DNA from: a virus
Taxonomy: Duplodnaviria > Caudoviricetes
Length of the DNA: 64,000 nucleotides
Virus record (IMG/VR): IMGVR_UViG_3300010429_001449
Direction: 5' to 3' (one strand)
Below are positions 53,494 through 62,140 of this stretch, in pieces (positions within the stretch are counted from its first letter, which is position 1; the number at the start of each line of letters is the position of its first letter). The position numbers and the translations under genes were made by a program. The notes beneath the pieces are model-generated. The model made no database searches. It saw nothing but the letters and a program-made list of their open reading frames with translations, and was not told the DNA's origin.

Positions 53494-54817
53494 CTTCCAA
53501 CTCCTCTTCTACTTTGCCTAAGCGCTCCTGGAACAAGGTCGTACGGACCTTCCACCAGAGTTGCAGGTCTTTCTCGATGCGGGCTGCTACGTCGGAAGAC
53601 GAAAGGATCAAGCCCTTCTTGAGGCAGGCTTCGTGAGCAGTAGCTACGTCCGTCAGCGCGGCGTCATTGAGAAGCTCCTGGCCGAGAGGAAGAGTCTCTA
53701 TGAGTTTGCCGTCCTCGTTGGCGGACAACGCCCATCCGGACTTCTGCATGGCTTTGGCGACCACCATCGGCTCGTTAGTCCAACCGGGAGGATGACCGTC
53801 GTAATTGTCGTGCCAGAGACGGAAGCTGCCTACGCGCTTGGGCGGCATCCCCGTTTTGTTCTTGGTGACGACGAACGAGAAGAGGGAGAGTACGGGATCG
53901 TCGTTGGGAGAGTACGTCTTGTTGCGCCGCATCCTGAGTTCGGCGCTCGACACGAACTCCTGGCCGCGCCCGCCCGGACGGACGATAGGATCGCCGAACA
54001 TCAGACCGACCTTCTCTCGAACTTGATTAATGAAAATCTGTGTCAGCACGCGACCGTCCTTACGGAGGTCGTCACTGTTCTGGAGACTGACAGCCTGGCG
54101 CATTAACCGGTTGACCAGGCGGGCCTGAACGCCTACCTGCATCTTCTCGGCGGTGTCCTGAATCTCGCCTAGAGGCGTCAGGGCCGCTATAGAGTCAATT
54201 ACGGAGATGTCGACGTCCAACTCCCTCAATGTCAGTTCGTAAGCGTCTATGGCCTGCTCAGCATACTCAGGACGCGAAACGTCAACGTACTCAGCGTCCA
54301 CCCCCAGCAAGGCTGCCCATGTGTTGGAGTAAACGCCCTCCATGTCGACCCAGAACGCCCGGTGAGGATTGAAAAAGCCGCACACAGGGCAGGACATCTC
54401 GAAGTCGCCGCAGTTCTCCCGCATCACCTTGATCTTCTTGTCGCTGCACTTTTCGCAGACTTCCTTCTTGGAACGAGAGCCGCACGTGGGGCAGCGCAGC
54501 AACGGCTTGGACAGGTCTTGCAACATCAAGGTGTTGTGGACACGGCAAATCATCTGCGACATAGCCACCAGCTTCAACAGCAGGAGAGTCTTGCTGCTTG
54601 AGTACTCGCCAAAACAACTGCCTATGCGCCCCTTTGGAAATCCTCCGCCAAGGGCGTAGTCCACGGCGAATATCCCGGTAGGCAACCACGGAATGTCGGA
54701 GTAAGGATTCTCGTCGGCAGGCATCAGTATGTTCTTGCCGTGCTTCCGAGCCAACTTCGTGGCGAGAGCCTTTAGCCGCTCCCGGTGCGTATCATGTCTG
54801 TTTTCTTCCTTGGCCAT
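53480..54817 (-). CDS. recA: RecA/UvsX-like recombinase with zinc-binding insertion
   Basis: TGIFAVDYALGGGFPKGRI, GEYSSSKT, VDME, VIDSIAAL, FINQVREKVG, PGGRG. Confidence 0.92.
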   Translation of the reverse strand: MAKEENRHDTHRERLKALATKLARKHGKNILMPADENPYSDIPWLPTGIFAVDYALGGGFPKGRIGSCFGEYSSSKTLLLLKLVAMSQMICRVHNTLMLQDLSKPLLRCPTCGSRSKKEVCEKCSDKKIKVMRENCGDFEMSCPVCGFFNPHRAFWVDMEGVYSNTWAALLGVDAEYVDVSRPEYAEQAIDAYELTLRELDVDISVIDSIAALTPLGEIQDTAEKMQVGVQARLVNRLMRQAVSLQNSDDLRKDGRVLTQIFINQVREKVGLMFGDPIVRPGGRGQEFVSSAELRMRRNKTYSPNDDPVLSLFSFVVTKNKTGMPPKRVGSFRLWHDNYDGHPPGWTNEPMVVAKAMQKSGWALSANEDGKLIETLPLGQELLNDAALTDVATAHEACLKKGLILSSSDVAARIEKDLQLWWKVRTTLFQERLGKVEEELEDASH

Positions 54818-55460
54818 CCGTTAGCTCCGCACATTCAAAGCCCGGCAAGGGCGGTGTCTGTTGAAGATTGTAGAAACGCCCGGCAGCCACTCTGTACCGC
54901 TTGGGCGTCAAAGGCTCCCGCGTCTCCGCTAACACGGCTTTGTGTACCTCTCCGTAATAGTTCATCCAAGCATCATACAACTGCTTGTAGGGAGCAAACA
55001 TTTCGGGCGTATAGGTTGTGCTTTGGAGGACGTTCCTAGCTCCTTCCAACATAGCCAGGATTTGCTCTCCGATACAATCGGGGACGCCGCGAGAGGTGCG
55101 GTATTGAGCAAGTCCGATGCAATCGGGGACGCAGTAAGAGGCGCGATAGCGAGCAAGCTTGGCGCACAACGGAGGAAACTCGGCGTTCAGACGATCCTGG
55201 ATGAGCGCGTCAATCGCCGGGTCGCTGAGGGGATGAACATAGGTAATGAAAATCTTTACGGCGTCTCTGTAACGGCGCAACCCGCAGAGGATGCGCTCCT
55301 GCAAGTCCGGCACGGAACTGCGAGGAACCAGGTAGACCTGTGGGCGGATCGGGATGCCGCACGGCTTGAGGCGGCTGTTCATACGATGCGCCGTCCAAGG
55401 CCGTTTGGCCGGATAGGAGTACGTCACCAGCGCCCACCGCGTGTCGCCAAGATCAGTCAT
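54792..55460 (-). CDS. Hypothetical protein
   Basis: Overlapping operon spacing. Confidence 0.65.
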   Translation of the reverse strand: MTDLGDTRWALVTYSYPAKRPWTAHRMNSRLKPCGIPIRPQVYLVPRSSVPDLQERILCGLRRYRDAVKIFITYVHPLSDPAIDALIQDRLNAEFPPLCAKLARYRASYCVPDCIGLAQYRTSRGVPDCIGEQILAMLEGARNVLQSTTYTPEMFAPYKQLYDAWMNYYGEVHKAVLAETREPLTPKRYRVAAGRFYNLQQTPPLPGFECAELTDGQGRKQT

Positions 55461-55701
55461 CGCCGTTCTCTCTCTTTTGGAGGGCGCGAACCTTTTCTTT
55501 TACCGCGTCAATCTCGCTGCGCACGCGGTCGAAACAGAATTCCTTGCCAGCCAAGAAAGCAGCGTCTCGCGCCTCCGGCGTGTCCGCGCAGGGCATCCTA
55601 ACGCTCACGTCAACACGAAAAGAGTTGAAGTTAGGAAGTCCCAAAGTCCTTCCAATCGCCACTTCCACGTGAGAACTTTTGGGGTCTGACGGCTCGGCCA
55701 T
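55453..55701 (-). CDS. Hypothetical phage protein
   Basis: GRTLGLPNFNSFRVDV. Confidence 0.7.
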   Translation of the reverse strand: MAEPSDPKSSHVEVAIGRTLGLPNFNSFRVDVSVRMPCADTPEARDAAFLAGKEFCFDRVRSEIDAVKEKVRALQKRENGDD

Positions 55702-55852
55702 CTTCCAATTCTCCCGATTCAATTGACTCGAAAACCACGCGCTTGCCTTCACCGAACCCCACTGGCTCCGTGATCGTCACCGAAACGGCGTAAACAGGGT
55801 TCTGAGCGTGAATGATAATGTTGCCGGGACGTAAGAGGGAGCTACCCGCCAT
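55631..55852 (-). CDS. Hypothetical protein
   Basis: TAATG coupling to upstream gene. Confidence 0.5.
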   Translation of the reverse strand: MAGSSLLRPGNIIIHAQNPVYAVSVTITEPVGFGEGKRVVFESIESGELEDGRAVRPQKFSRGSGDWKDFGTS

Positions 55853-56439
55853 TACGCACCCCGTTCCTTCGCCCGATCTCTCGATTCCCGTACGCGGTCG
55901 CGGACAAACTCCTTCTTGAACTCTTTCTTGACGGCGTCGAAGAAGGCGGCTCGCCCAAGACACAGGTAAGGACGTAGACGATACATTCGCTGAACGTAGT
56001 CAGGAGTAAACCACCGGCGCACAAGCGGAGCACCCGGATAATTGGCCTCCGTCAAAAAGTCGGGACCGGGTATCAAGCCGTCCGTCGCCCATCCAGCTAC
56101 CGTACGTGGAGCTACGTCCAGCGCCGCAGCTACCGCCGCCGGGGAGACCAGTAACTTCGCCTCACCCTGGAGCTTGACCACGATCTCGCGGTGCTGACAC
56201 GTGCTTAGGTCGAAATTGGGCGTGGCAGCTATCTCAGCCTGCGCGGCCTCAAACAACTTCCGCTTCTTGCCCTCGCGCCACTCGCGCTCCCGGCGCAACA
56301 CCGCCTTGCGGTAGTCGTCGCTCTTCCAGTAACGATCCTTGCGATGCTGCGATATCTCGGCCTTGTGCTCAGAGTAGTAACTCGCGTTATACTCGGGGGT
56401 GTTACGGCTCTTGTTTGCAGACTTACTTTTTCTTCCCAT
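55852..56439 (-). CDS. Basic protein with MerR-like HTH
   Basis: PAAVAAALDVAPRTVAGWATDGLIP..RRWF; own promoter 56481. Confidence 0.75.
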   Translation of the reverse strand: MGRKSKSANKSRNTPEYNASYYSEHKAEISQHRKDRYWKSDDYRKAVLRREREWREGKKRKLFEAAQAEIAATPNFDLSTCQHREIVVKLQGEAKLLVSPAAVAAALDVAPRTVAGWATDGLIPGPDFLTEANYPGAPLVRRWFTPDYVQRMYRLRPYLCLGRAAFFDAVKKEFKKEFVRDRVRESRDRAKERGA

Positions 56440-56469
56440 CTTGGAGTCTCCTAGTCCTAGTATAACAGA

Positions 56470-56709
56470 TTATACGGATTTGTCAAGACCCGGCACGGGG
56501 AATTCCGCGAACTCGGCGGTATCTCCGGCTTCGAGCCTGCGCTGAAGGTCGTCGGTGAGGACGAAGGTGAAGTTGATGGGGATTTTCGCATTTGGCGGCC
56601 CATTCAGGAAGGCGCGGATGTTCTCATCCACCTTCGAGCCGCGCACGAAACGAGAGAACTGCCAAGCCATCCAGCGCTTGACCAGATCAACCTGTTCTTG
56701 CTTTGCCAT
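56470..56709 (-). CDS. Hypothetical protein
   Basis: TAATG coupling to helicase. Confidence 0.7.
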   Translation of the reverse strand: MAKQEQVDLVKRWMAWQFSRFVRGSKVDENIRAFLNGPPNAKIPINFTFVLTDDLQRRLEAGDTAEFAEFPVPGLDKSV

Positions 56710-58148
56710 TAGAAGTCTCCTTCGAGAGAAACAGAAGCGTAGTCGGGGGCGACCTTGACGTTGTAGCCCAGCCGCTCGTACTGCTTGAGGCGCTTTTTGC
56801 CCCAATCAAGACAAAGAGGTATGTCGTCTACGGGGTCCACGACCACGGGCGTCTTCTTGCCGTCGTGGTTGCGGAGAATACGACCTGTCGCCTGCTCAAC
56901 GTCAGCCATCGGCGTTGCGAGGTACAGCGTGTCCATAGCGGGGATGTCCAAGCCCTCGGCGGCCATCGAGTACGTGCCGAAGATGGCGTCGCACTGTGCG
57001 CTGGCATCCAGGTCCGCCTGCTTCATCTGGCCGACGTAAAAGCCGGAGGTGTAACGCCCACTGCACCCGGAATGGAACATGGAGCGGAGAATGTCGAGGT
57101 GTTCCCGCCTAGCGGACAGAATGAAAATCTTGCGACCCTTGGCGCAGGCAGCCAACATCTCGGAAACGAGCCATTCGTTGCGCGGCTCGACCTTCACGAG
57201 CAGGTTGAGGAACGTGGCGAGGAAGGTTGTCTCTTCTCGACCCCCGGCAGCCTTGCGATGATACCGCGCTTCAGGGACGTAAGTGTGTCGCTGCACCTGA
57301 TAGACGTTCGGCACCAGCCCGTAAGACCACCCTTTGGCAAGGACATCGCCTATCGTCAGGGACAAAACCTTGGTCAGGCCATCCTTGCGACGCGGCGTCG
57401 CGCTGACGCCGATTCTGTACGCGGCGGGGAACAACGCGGAAACGCGGCACCACTTCTCGGCAGCAAGACGATGCACCTCGTCCGCCAAAATGACGCCGGG
57501 CCACGTAAACAATTCGGGGGGATACTCGCGGGACAACAACGACTGGATCATGGCGACTACGACCTTCTTGCCCTCGAACTGACACTTCTTCTGCTGCACG
57601 AGACCGATGTCGCCCTTCTCCATATCCGTGAACTTGAGAAGCTCCCGCACCCACTGCTTTTGAAGAAAACCCTTGTTCACAAGCACCAGGGTTGATAATC
57701 CGAGCCGCGAGGCAATCTTCAAGGACATGCACGTCTTTCCGCTCCCGCACGGGGCGCTGAGGATGCCGCCCTTCATGCTGCCCGGCTGCGACGCCAACCT
57801 CGCCAGAAACGTCTCGATAAGGCCATCTTGGAACTTTTTCTTAGAAGTTTCTTGAGACTGAACGTCCTCGCGGAAGGAAAAGGCGACCGGCTGACCGAGA
57901 GACGGGGCTTGTCGAATTTCGACGCGACCGCTGTTCGTCCAGGCGGAAAGGTCGTAGCCGCGAGGAAGCAGCAGCCCTCCGTCCTCGGATTCCTCATACA
58001 GACGGACCGGCGCTTTCTTGCCGAAGCCATAATCTTTCTTGAAATAGGTACGAAAAGTAAGGTCGTCCTCAATCCGACAAGCGTCTAGGGGCGTAACAGC
58101 CTCGGCAGGCACGCGAGCGACGGAGTCTATGATGATGGTGGGCGTCAT
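56709..58148 (-). CDS. Superfamily 2 DExH helicase
   Basis: APCGSGKT, DEVH, SAT, EGLDIP, QATGRILR. Confidence 0.93.
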   Translation of the reverse strand: MTPTIIIDSVARVPAEAVTPLDACRIEDDLTFRTYFKKDYGFGKKAPVRLYEESEDGGLLLPRGYDLSAWTNSGRVEIRQAPSLGQPVAFSFREDVQSQETSKKKFQDGLIETFLARLASQPGSMKGGILSAPCGSGKTCMSLKIASRLGLSTLVLVNKGFLQKQWVRELLKFTDMEKGDIGLVQQKKCQFEGKKVVVAMIQSLLSREYPPELFTWPGVILADEVHRLAAEKWCRVSALFPAAYRIGVSATPRRKDGLTKVLSLTIGDVLAKGWSYGLVPNVYQVQRHTYVPEARYHRKAAGGREETTFLATFLNLLVKVEPRNEWLVSEMLAACAKGRKIFILSARREHLDILRSMFHSGCSGRYTSGFYVGQMKQADLDASAQCDAIFGTYSMAAEGLDIPAMDTLYLATPMADVEQATGRILRNHDGKKTPVVVDPVDDIPLCLDWGKKRLKQYERLGYNVKVAPDYASVSLEGDF

Positions 58149-60115
58149 TTCTTCTTTGCCGCCTCCTCTCTGTCCTCAGCATCCTTCTTGGCTTTGAGCC
58201 AGTCAAGACCCACGCCGCCCCCGGCAACCAGCGGAACAGACAAAGGTAACGCACTACACATCTCGTGAGAGATCATCGCGCAGACTTCCTCGGCGGCCTC
58301 AGCTACGCACTCCGTCACCAATTCATCATGCACTTGATTGACAATGTGTATGTCGCACTTGGCCCACGCTCGTTCAGCACGCACGCGCCGACGAATGTTC
58401 CGCATGGCGAGCTTGATCATGTCGGCGGCACTGCCTTGAACGGTGAAGTTAACCCCAATCCGGAACGCCGACCCTGGATTCTGACTGAACAAATACGCCA
58501 AGTCCCGCACCCGACCAGTCAAACTCAACACGTAACCTTTGTCCCGAATCTGTTTGAAAATCTTCTCGTGATACTCCGCAATGCCAGGATACTTCTCAAA
58601 AAACGCTGTGTGCCAGTCAATACACTCCTCCACAGGACGCTCAATACGCGCCTTCAACCACAAGAAGTCTTTAAGTCCTTGTGGCGTCTGACCATACAAC
58701 AAACCGAAGTTTACGTTCTTGGCTATCGTCCGAGGAAACTTGGGATCACCGCTCTTTTCCGCCAGGGCGAGGCGTGTGGTTTCGTGGAGATCAATGGCGT
58801 TGGGGTTCGTCGCGGCGTCGATGTAGACCTTGCGCATGGATGGATCATTGCATTGATGGGCCATTATGCGCAGTTCGAGTTGGCTATAGTCGTGGACGAG
58901 AAGGACTTTGCCGGGTGGCGCGACGAACGCGGCTTTGATTGGATATGTGTACTGCCATTTGAAACCGCCCGCTCTCGGTATGTTTTCGATGTTAGGGTGC
59001 CTGCTGCTGAAACGGCCTGTAGCAGTGCCCGCCTGCCAGAAGTCGGAGTGGATGCGCCCCGTGCCGGAGTTCATGGCCTGCTTGCGCAAACCACGGACAT
59101 ACGTCCCAATCATCTTCTCGCGGCCCTTCCAGGCAAGATATTTGTCTACAAAGTTCGGCTTGTCGGGGTCTTTGGAAACCAATGTGGCCAACAAACCTTT
59201 GTCTACAGGGTAAGTCCCGGCCTTCGTCCGCTCCGTACCGGGAGGCGGAGACATTCCGAACTTGTCGTAAACGATGTAGGCGACCTGCTGAGGACTGCCT
59301 AAGTTGAACGGCTCGCCCGCTATCTCGTGTAGCTCGGCCTTGAGCGCGTCCATCTCGTCAACAATCTCGTCCTCGGCTTTGTTCAGGAAGTTGACGTCGA
59401 TGCCAATGCCGTGATACTCCATCTCAGCAATCAGCCGCGTGATCTCCATCTCAACGGCCCAGAACCATCTCAGGGTGCGCGGCTTCTTCTCCAGGGCGGG
59501 CAGTAACTTCTCACGCCAGACGCGCAGCGTCCAACGAGCATCGTCTGCGGCATACTCGTCTTCGCTTTTGATAATGTGCTCCATCCCCGGCAACGCCTCG
59601 CCCGCGAGAGCAGTCTGACGGTATTCGGGAAGAATCACGTCATAGAGGTCGTAAATGAGACCGCCCTTGCCCTTCAAACGCAGACGAGACGTTCCGGCGC
59701 GAGTCTCATCAACCATGTAGGCCGCTACCCAGGTGTCAGCATACTTGCAGAGAACCTCTATCCCCATCCGCATAAGAAACTGCAAGTCGAACGCCCCATT
59801 GTGCATAACAACAAGCTTGTCGCGCAGCGAGAGTATCCCCTTGACGTAACGCATTACGTCATCAAAGCGATACGCCCGGCTGCTGAGAACCGGGATATAC
59901 CACGCCCGATCCCCAGCAGCCAAGGCAACGCCGCGTATCGAGTCCTTGTGAGGACTCAGACCGGTGGTCTCCAAGTCGAATGAAAATACGCCATGTCGAG
60001 CAAGGACATCATCGATCTCGGACGTTAGCAGGGCGAAATTATTCGTCGTAATCAACGATGCCGCCGTCGTCATCGGCACCCTTATCCTTACCAGCACCGG
60101 CCTTCTTCTTGTCAC
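58145..60115 (-). CDS. polA: DNA polymerase, family A, with 3'-5' exonuclease
   Basis: FDLETTG, HNGAFD, YAADD, DYSQLELR, RTIAKNVNFGLLYG, VHDE; alternative start ATG 60073. Confidence 0.96.
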   Translation of the reverse strand: MTRRRPVLVRIRVPMTTAASLITTNNFALLTSEIDDVLARHGVFSFDLETTGLSPHKDSIRGVALAAGDRAWYIPVLSSRAYRFDDVMRYVKGILSLRDKLVVMHNGAFDLQFLMRMGIEVLCKYADTWVAAYMVDETRAGTSRLRLKGKGGLIYDLYDVILPEYRQTALAGEALPGMEHIIKSEDEYAADDARWTLRVWREKLLPALEKKPRTLRWFWAVEMEITRLIAEMEYHGIGIDVNFLNKAEDEIVDEMDALKAELHEIAGEPFNLGSPQQVAYIVYDKFGMSPPPGTERTKAGTYPVDKGLLATLVSKDPDKPNFVDKYLAWKGREKMIGTYVRGLRKQAMNSGTGRIHSDFWQAGTATGRFSSRHPNIENIPRAGGFKWQYTYPIKAAFVAPPGKVLLVHDYSQLELRIMAHQCNDPSMRKVYIDAATNPNAIDLHETTRLALAEKSGDPKFPRTIAKNVNFGLLYGQTPQGLKDFLWLKARIERPVEECIDWHTAFFEKYPGIAEYHEKIFKQIRDKGYVLSLTGRVRDLAYLFSQNPGSAFRIGVNFTVQGSAADMIKLAMRNIRRRVRAERAWAKCDIHIVNQVHDELVTECVAEAAEEVCAMISHEMCSALPLSVPLVAGGGVGLDWLKAKKDAEDREEAAKKK

Positions 60116-60875
60116 GGTACCACGTCAGGCCGTCCGAACACTTGACCGAGGACAACATCTTGCGGAGAACGTCCGGCTCCTTCGGCTTGAACATCTCGCG
60201 GTAGAAAGCCAACGCCTCGTCCGCCCTCATGCCGAAAGGCCGCAAGTCCAACGGATACTTGCTGTCAGCCTCCGGCCACAACCCCTTCTCCCGAAGATAG
60301 CCTTCAATGCTCTCCAACTTCTGCTCAGGCATGAAGTCAGAACCAGCACGCGCCGCCTTCATGTCGTGGCGGGCAACGCTGAACAACCAACCTTGAAGGT
60401 TGTTCAACCGCTTGTAGCGGGATTGAATAACGTTCAGGGCTTCGTTCACGGCAGGCAGAATGCTTACCTGCGGACGAATCACTTCCTTGCCGGTCTCAGG
60501 ATCGCGCCACCGCGCTATGTCGATGACGGAAAAGATGCCGACAAACTGGGACGTGAATCCGTTGGCGCACAAGACACACCCGCCACGCTGCGATACGCAA
60601 GGCTCGTGAACAGGATGCTTCCAGTCACCGTCCTTAACGATGTTGTGGAAACGCAAACAGAACGGAATCACGTCGTTCCCGTTCTCCGTCTTCCACGTAA
60701 AGTCGTCAAGGAAAATGATCTGCCGGGACTTGTCCTCCTCCGGCGACGATACGCCTACCCAAAACCAGCGACGCTTACCGTCCTGCGCCCGCCTCTCCTC
60801 CTGCCGAGCCTGCTCGGCCTCCTTCGCCCCCCAACCAGACGAATACCAGTGCCCGTCTACCTTGTCCGTACTCAT
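60039..60875 (-). CDS. Probable single-stranded DNA-binding protein (gp32-like)
   Basis: RRWFW..IIFLDD..H..C..CVLC, acidic tail, located between primase and polymerase. Confidence 0.65.
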   Translation of the reverse strand: MSTDKVDGHWYSSGWGAKEAEQARQEERRAQDGKRRWFWVGVSSPEEDKSRQIIFLDDFTWKTENGNDVIPFCLRFHNIVKDGDWKHPVHEPCVSQRGGCVLCANGFTSQFVGIFSVIDIARWRDPETGKEVIRPQVSILPAVNEALNVIQSRYKRLNNLQGWLFSVARHDMKAARAGSDFMPEQKLESIEGYLREKGLWPEADSKYPLDLRPFGMRADEALAFYREMFKPKEPDVLRKMLSSVKCSDGLTWYRDKKKAGAGKDKGADDDGGIVDYDE

Positions 60876-61118
60876 GAGTTACTCCTAGTGGCTTAAGCCA
60901 CACAAAAACGTGCCTGCGGCACAAAAGAAGTTGCGGCAACGTTGCCGCACACCAAACGAAAATGCTCGGGTTTTGTAGAGTTTGGAAATCCGTATTGCGG
61001 CAATTTCGAGAAAAATTGCCGTATCCCACTTGAGCGTCCTATACGCATCGGCTAAAGACCTCGAAAAGAACCTCGGCTGCCATCGATATGCCTTAGTATA
61101 ACAGCAGCGAGGCGAGTG

Positions 61119-62114
61119 TCAAGCCTTTTTTGGGCGAATGTAGGTGGATTTGGACAAAACGGACTGAAATTCGTCGGCACTAACACAGTCGCCGGGGTCT
61201 TTGCGGCCAGGGATGTGGGGTACGTCGAAGAGCTTCAGGCGGCGACCGAGGGCGTGGCTCAACAACAAACGGGCGTCGTTACCGGCCTTGTCGCGGTCTG
61301 TAGAGATGTAAACGGGCTTGTCCCAGAAAGCCAGCTTCTCGACGCGAACCTGAGTGACAGACGTGCCCATCATGCCCAAGACGTTCCGGAAACCTAACGA
61401 CCATAGCTTCAAAACGTCCATAGGCCCTTCAACAAGAATGATGCGCGGCTTGTCCAAGTCCAACAGATGCTCGCCAAAAAAGAAACGGCCTTTGTTGAAC
61501 CCGGAATAGTCCCGATACTTGGGAACACAATCCGCCTCCCAATCCCCTAAGTAACGACCTAGTACACCGACCAACGCCTTGTCCTTCTGCCGTCGTACTG
61601 GAAATACGACCCGCCGCTGAAATTCGTCGTAAAGAGCCGAGAACAACCGACATGTGGCCTCGTCTATCCCACGATCCTTTATGAGATACGGGTGGATGGC
61701 GCGGCGAAAATTGGCCAAAAACTCCTCCGGCCAGACAGAGTCGTCACTAACACCAGGCTGCGTCGCCTCCAGCGAGGCTACGTGCTTCCTGCCTGCGCGA
61801 AGCCACATCCCCGGAAGGTTCTCCGCCTCAGCCAACCGAACTTGCTCCACGAGACCTTCGGGTACAGAACCCTTAATCTTTTTTTCCAGTTCGGCAAGAA
61901 CGCTCACGAGGACCCCGTCGGTATGGCAGGTGAAGCATTGGACGAGGGAGCGGTCTGAGTCGGAGAAGGAGATGGACATTGACGGGTTATCGTCTTTGCC
62001 GGAGGCGTGGTGTATGGGGGCGAAGGGGCAGGGGATGGAGATATTTCCGTTGGATTCGGAGATTTTGGTGATGCCTAGGGTATGGACGAGTTCTAGGAGG
62101 GATGTTTTGTTCAT
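61119..62114 (-). CDS. DNA primase (Zn finger + Toprim)
   Basis: CPF..H..DDNPS..CFTC, RVVFPV, LVEGPMD, DRDKAG, KDPGD. Confidence 0.93.
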   Translation of the reverse strand: MNKTSLLELVHTLGITKISESNGNISIPCPFAPIHHASGKDDNPSMSISFSDSDRSLVQCFTCHTDGVLVSVLAELEKKIKGSVPEGLVEQVRLAEAENLPGMWLRAGRKHVASLEATQPGVSDDSVWPEEFLANFRRAIHPYLIKDRGIDEATCRLFSALYDEFQRRVVFPVRRQKDKALVGVLGRYLGDWEADCVPKYRDYSGFNKGRFFFGEHLLDLDKPRIILVEGPMDVLKLWSLGFRNVLGMMGTSVTQVRVEKLAFWDKPVYISTDRDKAGNDARLLLSHALGRRLKLFDVPHIPGRKDPGDCVSADEFQSVLSKSTYIRPKKA

Positions 62115-62140
62115 GGTAGTGGGGTGCGCCGCACGAGGTC

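Larger units (their letters stand above)
3802..61122. promoter_or_regulatory. Dispersed family of about 49 promoter(-leader) cassettes: TTGAC(A/G)-N16-TATA(A/T/C)T, usually followed by ..GTAG..CCTTTTGTGGAGA RBS
   Basis: -35 boxes on minus strand begin (plus coordinates) at 3866,5157,6601,8046,8775,9333,9976,12663,13161,14012,14551,16409,16614,17200,17715,19810,22280,24073,26683,27242,27792,32028,32457,33511,33953,34509,35019,36123,36552,42776,43241,43953,44378,44974,45004,48299,53039,56481,61117; on plus strand at 10198,14585,19863,20376,22313,24115,27833,28779,36586,36955. Confidence 0.93.

Noticed and set aside
54330-54560. Intein in RecA
   Set aside because: No C-terminal HN/C-S-T splice junction; the insert is a short Cys-rich segment
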